Position numbers and translations under genes: made by a program. The notes under the pieces are model-generated. The model made no database searches. It was not told the DNA's origin and was given only the letters and a program-made list of their open reading frames with translations. Of a stretch of 55,242 bases of DNA, positions 17,922 through 26,376 are shown in pieces; position 1 is the first letter of the stretch, and the number at the start of each line of letters is the position of its first letter. This DNA is from a virus, in IMG/VR virus record IMGVR_UViG_3300047160_036265; one strand, 5' to 3'.

Positions 17922-18478
17922 AGCTCCACGTTCACCTTTCCCTTTTGGAGCGCCACGGAGTCCTCCACCACCTTGACGGTTCGCTCGCGCTCGCTTTCCA
18001 TCTTCTCCTGGTAGTTTGCCGGCGTCCAGCCCTCGATATTTTCGAGGTTATAGACGTTGGGACCGTCCATCGGGAAGAACTCATGCTTGCCCTGGGAGAG
18101 CATACAGGGAACGCCATCGGCAAAGCGAAGCCCGCATTCTTTCGCCAGGGCCTCAGCGGTGTGGCGGTCCTCAATGGGAAAGCCGACGACGTACCAGTGA
18201 ATTTTCCACTCATCCAGGGGCCAGTTGACGATCACCAGGCGATACTTGCAGTTCTTCCCCGACCCTGGGCGGTAGTGTTCGTGTTCCAGTCGGGTGGCAA
18301 ATACTACGACACCGGGGCGGAAGCACGCCCCGATGACGTAGAACACGTTACGGTCGCCGGCCAGCACTTCCAGCGGGATATAGCTGTCGCATGGCTCGGC
18401 GTAGACGCTCCCATCCCGCTCTTCCATCATGACGACGGGCGAGTTGTGGAAGATGGGATCAACCTCTTTCTCTGACAT
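17918..18478 (-). CDS. hypothetical protein (186 aa)
   Basis: ATG at 18478. A GCGGGCAACTGCCCGC palindrome lies just upstream. Confidence 0.5.
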   Translation of the reverse strand: MSEKEVDPIFHNSPVVMMEERDGSVYAEPCDSYIPLEVLAGDRNVFYVIGACFRPGVVVFATRLEHEHYRPGSGKNCKYRLVIVNWPLDEWKIHWYVVGFPIEDRHTAEALAKECGLRFADGVPCMLSQGKHEFFPMDGPNVYNLENIEGWTPANYQEKMESERERTVKVVEDSVALQKGKVNVEL

Positions 18479-18511
18479 GGCTGTGCGGGCAACTGCCCGC
18501 TCCTGTTACCC

Positions 18512-18745
18512 TCACCCACTCGGCCCGCAGCGACCCAGGGCCGCACCCAGCGAATGCGATTGCAAGTCCTTGAGGATCGCCTGCGCCTTGTCACTGATCT
18601 TCGGCGGTTCGACAGGAGGCATCGGGACCGGCAAAATATCGGTCTTGGGAGGGTCCATGACCTTGATCGCCGGCTTCTTGCGGGCCTTCTTGACAGCCTT
18701 CTTACGCTCCTTGTCCACCTTCTTTTTCGTCTTTTTCTTCGCCAT
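18512..18745 (-). CDS. Lys-rich small basic protein (77 aa), possibly nucleic-acid binding
   Basis: N-terminal MAKKKTKKKVDKERKK... ATG with GGAGGGA Shine-Dalgarno. Confidence 0.45.
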   Translation of the reverse strand: MAKKKTKKKVDKERKKAVKKARKKPAIKVMDPPKTDILPVPMPPVEPPKISDKAQAILKDLQSHSLGAALGRCGPSG

Positions 18746-19097
18746 TGATATTTCCCTCCGTCAGCCCCCGGACGCCGCCCGGCCCCAGGATGCTGCCACC
18801 CTGGAAACTAAGCCTGCTGCCGTCCACCTTCTGACCCCTGACCATGACCAGGGGAAGTTTATTCATGTCCCGACAGTTCTCCATGATGTCGATGAGGTAC
18901 GGTTTCCAGTGAGGATTGGCCTTCAGAATCTCCATCAGGTCCATGCCCAGGTGGAAACTTTCAGTGCCGCCAGGACGAATGGCCGAATCCTCCAGCCGGG
19001 TCCATATCAGGTCGCTCAGTTCCCTGGGAACGGCCCGGTCGTAGATGATGGCGTGGAGCTTGTCGGTATCCACCAGGAATCCTTCCAGTTGCCTCAT
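18702..19097 (-). CDS. hypothetical protein (about 131 aa)
   Basis: Internal ATG (MRQLEGF...) with GGAGA Shine-Dalgarno. Lies directly downstream of a terminator. Confidence 0.45.
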   Translation of the reverse strand: MRQLEGFLVDTDKLHAIIYDRAVPRELSDLIWTRLEDSAIRPGGTESFHLGMDLMEILKANPHWKPYLIDIMENCRDMNKLPLVMVRGQKVDGSRLSFQGGSILGPGGVRGLTEGNINGEEKDEKEGGQGA

Positions 19098-19107
19098 GCT
19101 TTTCTCC

Positions 19108-19144
19108 AAATAAAACTGGCCAGGTGCAAGGGCCACCTGGCCAG
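19108..19144 (-). terminator. intrinsic terminator
   Basis: 11-bp stem CTGGCCAGGTG/CACCTGGCCAG with a 7-nt loop, followed by TTTTATTT on the minus strand. Confidence 0.7.
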
Positions 19145-19168
19145 TGTCCCAGGAGTACCCGCAGGGAC

Positions 19169-19621
19169 TTAGTTGAGCAGCGGTTCCTCCACTTTCTTAC
19201 GGTACTTGGGCCGGGCCACGATGCCACCGACCACACTCTCACGGGAGGGGATGCAAGTCGGGACGATCTTCTTGCCCTCCTTGAGCAGTACCACGAACAG
19301 TACGTCGCCGTCTACCAGGAACGAGAATCGCTCGTAACCATAGCGCCGGTGAATGCGCTGCATGAACTCCGAGTTGTTGATGTAGGAGCATTCCTCATGG
19401 GCATTACGCAACCGGGCGGCAAGGGTGCAGTCGAGTTGATAGCGCCTCGACTTCACTTCTTCGTGCAGGTCAAAGGCCAGGTCGATGCAGGTTTCGCAAC
19501 GCTCATGGGGAGACTTCCGACAGGAACGAAAATGGTCGTAGTGTTTCTTGTGGGCGAACCGCTCGACGTACCGCTCACGCAGATGATTGGTCAGGATGTA
19601 CTCAGGCTGTTTACCCTCCAT
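19169..19621 (-). CDS. hypothetical Cys/His-containing protein (about 150 aa)
   Basis: Internal ATG (MEGKQPEY...) with GGGAGGAAGG Shine-Dalgarno. Confidence 0.5.
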   Translation of the reverse strand: MEGKQPEYILTNHLRERYVERFAHKKHYDHFRSCRKSPHERCETCIDLAFDLHEEVKSRRYQLDCTLAARLRNAHEECSYINNSEFMQRIHRRYGYERFSFLVDGDVLFVVLLKEGKKIVPTCIPSRESVVGGIVARPKYRKKVEEPLLN

Positions 19622-19649
19622 AACAATGGCCTTCCTCCCTGTTGGGGCC

Positions 19650-19686
19650 AAGAAAAAAGGCCCGCCCAGGACAGCCTGGGCGGGCC
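19650..19686 (-). terminator. intrinsic terminator
   Basis: 12-bp perfect stem GGCCCGCCCAGG/CCTGGGCGGGCC with loop ACAG, followed by TTTTTTCTT on the minus strand. Confidence 0.75.
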
Positions 19687-19695
19687 GACACGCGA

Positions 19696-20622
19696 TCACA
19701 CTTCGCTGTTGCCGATGATGTCGCCGGCAATGCCCTTCAGCCGCTCGACCTTCTCGGCGGGGGTGTCATTCAAGCCCAGCTTCGCCTTCCCGACGAAGTG
19801 GACCGGGCTGAACACCCGAAAGAACGCCCGGACGTGATCCAGGGCCTTGGCGTAGACCGGGACGCGCCCGATGACGCCCTTCTTGACCGTGACCTGCGGG
19901 GTCGTCACCAGGACCAGCTTGCGCTCTTCCGGCGTCAACTCGTTCTGGACGAACCCCATGATCTTCTTGGCGACCGCCTTCTCCTCGTCGGTCGCTTCCT
20001 TGAAGTCCTTGCCTTCCTGGTGGCCGAACAGCAACTCGTTGAAGGCCCGCAGGCTCTTCACCGGGCGCATCTCGACCTCGTTCGCCAGGAACGCCTCGGC
20101 CTGGTCCTGCGGCACGCCCATCTCCACCAGCAGCCGGACGGTCGCCGTCTGGAGGGTTTCGCCTTCAGCGGGTTCGGGCAGGTGGATGTTGTTCTTGGTG
20201 AAGCGGTCCTGCACCTGGAACAGCGCCTCCATGTCGCGCTGGCCGGGCGCACCGTCCTTGTCCAGCTTCAGGGCCGGGTTCGTGGGCTGGGCCTTGTACT
20301 TCCACAGGCTTTCCTCCCACAGTGCGAACACCACACGGTCAACCTCGTCCTCGCTGTTCTCGGCGCGCTTCTGGACGATCTCGGACAGCACCTTGGCCCC
20401 GACGAAGCGCTTGAACGCCTCGATGACGTGCGGGGGCAGGGGGACTTCGGGCCGGTCGGCCTTCTTGCCCTTCTCCTTCACCGTGGCGGAACCGTCGTCG
20501 CCCAGGGCGTCGAACAGGTCGTCACCAGCGGGGGCAGCGCCGCCACGGACAGCGCCGGGAATAGAGTGGGTGGGCTGGGAGCCAGTGGCCGGGGTGGCGG
20601 GGGTGGAACGGGAACGAGCCAT
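19696..20622 (-). CDS. hypothetical protein (308 aa), monocistronic unit
   Basis: ATG with GGAGG Shine-Dalgarno. Its own P4 promoter lies upstream and a strong terminator downstream. The N-terminus is disordered, rich in Ala/Pro/Gly. Confidence 0.6.
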   Translation of the reverse strand: MARSRSTPATPATGSQPTHSIPGAVRGGAAPAGDDLFDALGDDGSATVKEKGKKADRPEVPLPPHVIEAFKRFVGAKVLSEIVQKRAENSEDEVDRVVFALWEESLWKYKAQPTNPALKLDKDGAPGQRDMEALFQVQDRFTKNNIHLPEPAEGETLQTATVRLLVEMGVPQDQAEAFLANEVEMRPVKSLRAFNELLFGHQEGKDFKEATDEEKAVAKKIMGFVQNELTPEERKLVLVTTPQVTVKKGVIGRVPVYAKALDHVRAFFRVFSPVHFVGKAKLGLNDTPAEKVERLKGIAGDIIGNSEV

Positions 20623-20711
20623 TGCGGGAACCTCCTCCGAAGAAGGTGACTGTATGCCCCCAGCACTCGCAGGCTGGTCCAGGGCTTAGGGCACCTACTC
20701 GGTACTTTTTC

Positions 20712-20740
20712 ATCTTACTGCTGCGGCTACCCGTTGTAAA
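20712..20740 (-). promoter_or_regulatory. promoter P4
   Basis: TTTACAACG + 17 nt + TAAGAT. Confidence 0.6.
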
Positions 20741-20770
20741 GCCGCTTCTGCCGATAAAGGTACGCCAGCG

Positions 20771-21100
20771 TCAGGGGTGGTCAGAATTTTTCTCGGATTC
20801 TTCCGGGTCAGGGTCGCCCAGCCGGTCGATGGCCCGCTCCTGCTGGAGCATGATGATCTTGGCCTTGAGCAGTGTGATCTTCTCTCGACGTATCTTCTTT
20901 TCCTGTTTGAGTTTCTTCTCCTGCTTGGCCATGTCCTTGCGGAATTCTCCGTAGGCCCGGTGAAGCTCCGGGTCGCTGGGTTCGGGGAGAATCTTCAGCA
21001 ACTTCTCGATACTCGGCAGGTACTCGGCGTCCTTGCGCTCCATCTCATCGAGGGCATCGAGGATGGTGTCCAGGTCCGAGTCGGTGAAATCGACGGCCAT
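20771..21100 (-). CDS. coiled-coil protein (109 aa)
   Basis: ATG with GAGGAG Shine-Dalgarno. Confidence 0.5.
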   Translation of the reverse strand: MAVDFTDSDLDTILDALDEMERKDAEYLPSIEKLLKILPEPSDPELHRAYGEFRKDMAKQEKKLKQEKKIRREKITLLKAKIIMLQQERAIDRLGDPDPEESEKNSDHP

Positions 21101-21110
21101 AAATCGCTCC

Positions 21111-22127
21111 TCAGTTCACGTTGAGTTTGTCGCAAAAACGCTCGGCCACGTCAAATACCACGTCAAACTCTTTGAGTCCGTCCACGAGGTTGCGGGGAAA
21201 TATCGAGCTTCCGTGCAGAGCGCCCAGAAGACCCGCCAGCATCGACCCGTTACTGTCCGTGTCGCCGCCCGCCGATACCACGTCGTACAGCGACTCGATG
21301 CTAAGCGGGTTTCGCACGAAGAACATATAGGTGAAGGGCAGGGAGTCGTAGATGTAGCAACTGCCCTTCAAGTCGGTGACGATCTTGCCGGCGTCGTATT
21401 CCTCGTACTGGTAGAGCAACTTCATGCGGGCGTGCAGGTCGTCGTCGCCCTCATCGGCGCTTTTCTTGAATCGCTTGTCCTTGCCCATCAGGGCGGCACC
21501 GACCACGCAGTTGATAAAGGAGTCCACCCGAAAGTCGGCGGGGTCGCTGGTCAGGCATTTGAAAATTGCGAATGCCTGGCACAACCCACTTTGGACTGCC
21601 ATGCGGGCGTTATGGGTCATGCGGGTGTAGTTTTCAATGTCCTGCACGCTCTGACCCCAGGCCGGCTCCTCGCACTGCGGGTTGGTGATCGCCATGTATG
21701 CGCCTAGGGGCGCAATCTTCATGGGGATACCGTTGCCGGTGCCACGTTTGGGTTCCTTGGTCTTGCCGGAAGTGGTCCAGGGTACGCCTTGGGCCAGGCG
21801 AGCCACGGCCTCCTTGGTGGTCTTGCCCCAGCCCCGGACGCTCTTCTTATATTCCTCGACGTGCCAGGCAGCGATGGCATTCAGGTCCAGGCAGCCTGTC
21901 TGAATGATACCCTCGGCGGTAGCCTTGGTCAACTGCCAGTCATCGGTGGTGGTGCCCCGATGGTCGTCATCGAAATACTTGTGGCTGGAGCAGTCGAGGT
22001 AGTCGGTGATGCGCCCGTAGCGCTTCTGAATGCCCTCCAGGGTGTTGCTCTCGGTGGGCTTGCCCAGAGCATCGCCAATAGCAATGCCCAGGAACATGCC
22101 AGTAATACGGTCACGAGTAATCGTCAT
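21111..22127 (-). CDS. ADP-ribosylglycohydrolase (ARH/DraG family)
   Basis: N-terminal RDRITGMFLGIAIGDALGKPTE and C-terminal GGDTDSNGSMLAGLLGALHG, the ARH family Mg-binding signatures. Confidence 0.8.
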   Translation of the reverse strand: MTITRDRITGMFLGIAIGDALGKPTESNTLEGIQKRYGRITDYLDCSSHKYFDDDHRGTTTDDWQLTKATAEGIIQTGCLDLNAIAAWHVEEYKKSVRGWGKTTKEAVARLAQGVPWTTSGKTKEPKRGTGNGIPMKIAPLGAYMAITNPQCEEPAWGQSVQDIENYTRMTHNARMAVQSGLCQAFAIFKCLTSDPADFRVDSFINCVVGAALMGKDKRFKKSADEGDDDLHARMKLLYQYEEYDAGKIVTDLKGSCYIYDSLPFTYMFFVRNPLSIESLYDVVSAGGDTDSNGSMLAGLLGALHGSSIFPRNLVDGLKEFDVVFDVAERFCDKLNVN

Positions 22128-22617
22128 GCGGTTCTCCGGCCTTCAATTTGCGGACGGTTTCTTCCAGTTTGGCGATCTGGACACTTTGCCGCATCGTCTT
22201 GGCTTCCAATTGCCGGCGGCTTACCTGCGCACACCTATCTTCTGTCGTTTCGAGGGAGATGTCAACCATATCACGGGCGGAAAGCGTCTTCCGCCAGCCA
22301 TCCAGTTTGGCGGCGTATTCCTCCTGGCCCGCCTCGCACAACTTCTTCCACTCGAAGTCAAGAAAGGCATCCACCTTGTCAATGATGTATTCCCGGCAGT
22401 CCTTGAGCTTCTTGTCGTATTCCTCGTACAGATCAACTTCCAGTTGCTCTGTCTTTTTCCGTTCGGCCAGAAGCATCTGGTATGCTTCCTCGTAGCCCTC
22501 TTCGAGCGCCTGCTCCATTTCCTTTTTGACGGCCTCCAGCTTGCCCTTGTACTCTTCCTCCAACTCGGCCCGGACCTCGGCCTTTAATTCGGCCCGGCCT
22601 ATCCAGAAGTTTTCCAT
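22111..22617 (-). CDS. coiled-coil protein (about 168 aa)
   Basis: Internal ATG (MENFWIG...) with AAAGGA Shine-Dalgarno. Confidence 0.5.
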   Translation of the reverse strand: MENFWIGRAELKAEVRAELEEEYKGKLEAVKKEMEQALEEGYEEAYQMLLAERKKTEQLEVDLYEEYDKKLKDCREYIIDKVDAFLDFEWKKLCEAGQEEYAAKLDGWRKTLSARDMVDISLETTEDRCAQVSRRQLEAKTMRQSVQIAKLEETVRKLKAGEPHDDYS

Positions 22618-22657
22618 TGCGAAATCCTTTCTTAAATTGCGGGCGTCCTGCCATATT

Positions 22658-24073
22658 CTAACCAGTTTTCTCCGGCAACGGAAGGGTGACAATAAATTCG
22701 CTGCCCTCCCCCAACTTGCTGGTGACGGTAATGGTGCCGCTATGGGCCTCCACAATAGAGCGGACCAAGCTCAGACCGATACCCATACCGCTACCATTTT
22801 GGGTATCAACGATTTTGTGAGCCTGCACGAACAAGTCAAAAATATGGGGCAGGATGTCTTCGGGGATGCCGGGGCCGTTGTCTGTGACCTTGATCTCAAT
22901 GATGGCCTTGATGACCTGGACGGTAAGGCTTATAAGACTGCCGCTAGGTGCAAATTTAAGGGCGTTGCCGATCAAGTTAAAAAACACCTGCTGCCAGCGG
23001 GTGGGGTCGGCATAGATGAGCAAGGGTTCTGCCGGGATGCGCACCTTGAGAATTTGATTTTTCTTTTCGGCGGTAATATAAAGCGTTTCCAGCGCGTTGC
23101 GAACGGCGTGTTGCAGGATCATATCCTGCTTGTGAATCGGCAAGCGGCCCGTGGTGATCCGGGATACGTCGAGCAGGTCATCTACCAGGCGGGTGAGATG
23201 GACGGCTTGCCGCTCAATAATATCCAGGTGCCTCTGAGTGTCGATACCTTTTCGCAGAACCGGCAGCGAAGTGAAAATCGGCGCAAGCGGGTTCCGCAGT
23301 TCGTGGCTCAGCATGGCGATGTACTCGTCCTTGCGATTGTCCTCTGTGCGCAGTTTTTCTTCGGCCTGCTTGCGCTTGGTGATCTCCTCGGAGAACATGA
23401 TGATGCCGCCGATCTCGTCCACCGAACAGTACCAGGGACGCTTTTCCCAGCGCAGCCAGTGGACCATGCCGTTGGGGCGCTCAATATAGTCCTCGTCGCT
23501 GGAGACAGTTTCACCGCCCAGCGCCTTATAAATCGCCGTCTTCCAGCGTTCGGGGATTTCCGGGAATACGTCAAAGTGCCGTCTGCCGATAAGCGAGCGG
23601 CCAGCCTCGCGCTCGGCTGGAAAGAAGTCAACGAGCCAGCGGCGACTAACCGCCACATAGCGCAACTCAGTATCCAAGATGGCGATGGCGGACGGCGAGT
23701 GTTCGATGAGGAGGTTCAGAGTAGTGCGCAGGCGGTTGTAGTCAGTGATGTCATTGTTGACTTCGACAACTTGTACGGACTCGCCCTTGGTGTAAAGGGC
23801 CTGATGGCTGGCAACGGTGAGCCGGCGTCCGTCCTTGCGGGTGTGGATAAGTTCCCCGCTCCACCTGCCGTCGCGCAGAATAGTGGCGGCAATATCCTCG
23901 GCGGGAAGGGCGTGGAAGATCGTTTTGAGGAGTGAATGACTGATCTGGCCAACCGCCTCCTCCTTGGTGAAGCCGTACAGCAGGGCCGCTCCGGCGGACC
24001 AAAACTGGATACGACCGTCGATGTCTCGAATTAACACGTTAGCCACATCGAGAACATCACTCACCGATTTCAT
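22658..24073 (-). CDS. PAS-domain sensor histidine kinase (471 aa)
   Basis: Two PAS-like segments, the HisKA H-box SHELRNPL, and HATPase N/G boxes (NLIGNALKF, DNGPGI, GSGMGIGL). Confidence 0.8.
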   Translation of the reverse strand: MKSVSDVLDVANVLIRDIDGRIQFWSAGAALLYGFTKEEAVGQISHSLLKTIFHALPAEDIAATILRDGRWSGELIHTRKDGRRLTVASHQALYTKGESVQVVEVNNDITDYNRLRTTLNLLIEHSPSAIAILDTELRYVAVSRRWLVDFFPAEREAGRSLIGRRHFDVFPEIPERWKTAIYKALGGETVSSDEDYIERPNGMVHWLRWEKRPWYCSVDEIGGIIMFSEEITKRKQAEEKLRTEDNRKDEYIAMLSHELRNPLAPIFTSLPVLRKGIDTQRHLDIIERQAVHLTRLVDDLLDVSRITTGRLPIHKQDMILQHAVRNALETLYITAEKKNQILKVRIPAEPLLIYADPTRWQQVFFNLIGNALKFAPSGSLISLTVQVIKAIIEIKVTDNGPGIPEDILPHIFDLFVQAHKIVDTQNGSGMGIGLSLVRSIVEAHSGTITVTSKLGEGSEFIVTLPLPEKTG

Positions 24074-24134
24074 AATGCCCTCGATTCAGGCGCATTAGGG
24101 TGCTTCGGCCACTATGCCTCCCACGTTCCGTTCC

Positions 24135-24704
24135 TCAGATCGCGCCAAGACACTTGTACATGAACAGCACGGGCCAGGTCTTGGCGGAAAACTTGTTGCG
24201 GCTCTCGCACAGGGAACAAACCCCGGCGTAATCCAGCAGGTGGACTTCGATTTCCTCCGTAGCCTCGTTGCCGTCATGGTTGACGGTGCCTTCGCACTCG
24301 CAGAATACCAATACTACAGACTCGTCGGAAAGTCCAGCAGAAGATATGAGAGATGGACTGATTTTGATAATTCCGGTGAGGGTCAGGCCCGTTTCTTCCT
24401 TCAGTTCGCGCTTGGCATCCTGCACAGCATCGGCCTCGCACAGCCCGGCAGGGAAAGCGTACTCATAGTCGTTGAGGGGAATGCGAAACTCACGGAGGAC
24501 CACAAGGCGGCGTTGGCCCTGCTCGTTGACGTGGATGGGTACGATGATAACGGCATCGGGCTTGAGTTGCCCAGAGCCGTTGGCGGGTTCTTTTTTGCGC
24601 GAGGCGAAAATCCAGTCGCCTTCTTTATTGCGGTTCTTCCAGTGGACGGAGAACAAATTGAGCCAGCGGAAGTCGGTGAGCTTCTTAGGGGGAGTCACGT
24701 CCAT
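24135..24704 (-). CDS. Nudix hydrolase (ADP-ribose pyrophosphatase-like; 189 aa)
   Basis: Nudix box ...GLCEADAVQDAKRELKEETGL (REx2EExGL). AGGAGG Shine-Dalgarno. Confidence 0.75.
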   Translation of the reverse strand: MDVTPPKKLTDFRWLNLFSVHWKNRNKEGDWIFASRKKEPANGSGQLKPDAVIIVPIHVNEQGQRRLVVLREFRIPLNDYEYAFPAGLCEADAVQDAKRELKEETGLTLTGIIKISPSLISSAGLSDESVVLVFCECEGTVNHDGNEATEEIEVHLLDYAGVCSLCESRNKFSAKTWPVLFMYKCLGAI

Positions 24705-24933
24705 CGCCGCCTCCTACGAATTTGAAATTGATGCCGTTCTCTTCCATCAGGACGATGGTGGAGAGATAAATGAAGTCATCAGAATCAACGCCGCAGACAC
24801 CCACCATGAGGCCCAGGTGAATGTCTTCGTCGCTTGTTTTCAGAAGACCGATGGCATCAAGCGCCGCCCGGCGAGCGGATCGACGCTTGATGCGGACGTT
24901 GAAATCGCCGCTGGAGACTATAAATTCGGGCAT
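24685..24933 (-). CDS. hypothetical protein (82 aa)
   Basis: Internal ATG (MPEFIVSS...) with GGGAGGGGG Shine-Dalgarno. Confidence 0.45.
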   Translation of the reverse strand: MPEFIVSSGDFNVRIKRRSARRAALDAIGLLKTSDEDIHLGLMVGVCGVDSDDFIYLSTIVLMEENGINFKFVGGGDGRDSP

Positions 24934-24964
24934 CGCCCCCTCCCTGAAAATAAGACTTCCGGTG

Positions 24965-26050
24965 TCAGCCGTCCACATCCATGTCGGCAAATAGCCGGTT
25001 GGGGTACTTGACCTTGTACCCCTCCAGCAGACGGGCCTTGATCCCCTCGGTTACGTCCTTCTTGTCGAAGGCCGTCATGAGCGACCCGAAAATCTGGGGA
25101 TATTCGGCCTTGGCAAGCCAGGCATAATCCTTGCGCAGTTTTTCGGGGCCTGGATCGCCTACGGACGCTACCTCCATTATAGCAGCAGCCACCTTTAACA
25201 CACGGCTGGTTTCGTGCAGAAGGTCAAGCTGCGCCTCGGTATAGATTTCCTTCAGTTTCGCCTGGTGACGATCTGGTGCCTTGGCGATCAGGTCGTCCAT
25301 CAACCCGTCAAAGACGACTTCATAAAGCCGGTAGGCCGGACGCATGAGCGCATCAACAGCCTTGTGTCGCTCCAGATACCAGTTGCACTTCGCCTTGACC
25401 CACAGGCCATTTTCCAGAACGACGACGTAGCCTTCAAATTCCTCCCGCTCCAGGTGATCGAAGAGATCAGCGAACGCGAAGTCATAGCGGATCGCGCTGT
25501 CGGGGTAGGTTGGGCAGTGGTCGTAGTCTCCGGTGGCACGGCAACGGGAATGCAGGTACACCAGACGAGAGCGTGGGTATTCTACGACAATTTGGTTGTG
25601 GGGGGCCACAAACTCAAAGATCGGAGTATAACCTCGCCGTACCTCCTTAACAATGTCGTCCACCATACCCAATTTCCGTGCCAAACGCAACGCCTCCTGG
25701 GCCTGTGGCGTGTCGCAAGACATCCTGGTGGACGCACGCAGGTCGCCCTTCCATTCAAAGAAATGGATCATCGACCCGTCCAGCTTCTCGTACACCTTTC
25801 CATTCAGGTGGCAGAGCTTGTGGTACTGCGTCTCGTCCGTCTGGCCGACGTTGAAAAACTTGTGCAGGGGCAGGGAGACAATTTGCTCGGTGGCCTCGTC
25901 AAAGGTGATGCCCCGGAATTCCCGCCGAATGCCGTCGAACGACCCAGGAATCTGGATGAGGTAGTTTACGCAAACCAGGCCGTCGTACCGCTTTACGAGG
26001 AATTCCTCACGGCCTTCGAGGGCGACCAGGGCTTCGGAGAGGGTGAACAT
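24965..26050 (-). CDS. T4 RnlA-like RNA ligase 1 (about 361 aa)
   Basis: FRGITFDE...PLHKFFN, VYEKLDGSM (KxDG motif I) and TPIFEFVAPHNQIVVEY, collinear with T4 Rnl1. Starts at MFTLSE immediately downstream of P5. The -10 lies 6 nt from the ATG, so the mRNA looks leaderless. Confidence 0.8.
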   Translation of the reverse strand: MFTLSEALVALEGREEFLVKRYDGLVCVNYLIQIPGSFDGIRREFRGITFDEATEQIVSLPLHKFFNVGQTDETQYHKLCHLNGKVYEKLDGSMIHFFEWKGDLRASTRMSCDTPQAQEALRLARKLGMVDDIVKEVRRGYTPIFEFVAPHNQIVVEYPRSRLVYLHSRCRATGDYDHCPTYPDSAIRYDFAFADLFDHLEREEFEGYVVVLENGLWVKAKCNWYLERHKAVDALMRPAYRLYEVVFDGLMDDLIAKAPDRHQAKLKEIYTEAQLDLLHETSRVLKVAAAIMEVASVGDPGPEKLRKDYAWLAKAEYPQIFGSLMTAFDKKDVTEGIKARLLEGYKVKYPNRLFADMDVDG

Positions 26051-26056
26051 TTTGGT

Positions 26057-26086
26057 ATTGTACAGCCGGAACGAGGCGGTTGTAAA
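26057..26086 (-). promoter_or_regulatory. promoter P5 (leaderless rnlA-like transcript)
   Basis: TTTACAACC + 18 nt + TACAAT. The predicted start site coincides with the A of the ATG. Confidence 0.6.
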
Positions 26087-26283
26087 ACTGTGCGGTGCCG
26101 GATTCCCGATTCTCCACCGGCATCTCCGGGTGCCGGGACCGTGCATCCCGGCCCATTGTGGCTTTGCTCCCCGGCGTGTTAATTTGTGGATCGTGTCTAG
26201 CAGCCGAGTGGTCAAGTCGGCCTCTTTTTACACCAACCGCACAATTTTTGTTTTACAACCCATATATAGGAGAGGAGGGATTC

Positions 26284-26376
26284 ATGCACCCGCAAAGGAT
26301 TTGCAACCACAACATTATCGCATCGGAGGCGGTAAATATCAAGGCCATGTCACAGTTTGGCAGCCTGTTCTTCTAA
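26284..26376 (+). CDS. possible small ORF (30 aa) on the plus strand
   Basis: Near-perfect Shine-Dalgarno AGGAGAGGAGGG 5 nt before the ATG. Preceded by a plus-oriented TTTACAAC. Convergently overlaps the 3' end of the gene at 26350-27237 by 27 nt. Confidence 0.25.
   Translation: MHPQRICNHNIIASEAVNIKAMSQFGSLFF

Noticed and set aside
18486-18501. Perfect palindrome GCGGGCAACTGCCCGC as a terminator
   Set aside because: No U-tract follows on either strand. It is more likely a protein-binding site or an RNA stability hairpin in the intergenic region.
24965-26215. Track N-terminal extensions (for example 24965-26215, 13386-14186, 53821-55089, 50855-52075, 47032-48081)
   Set aside because: The extensions are Arg/Pro/Gly-rich other-frame sequence that overlaps upstream genes or promoters. 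Internal ATG or GTG codons with Shine-Dalgarno sequences or stop-start coupling give domain-complete proteins.
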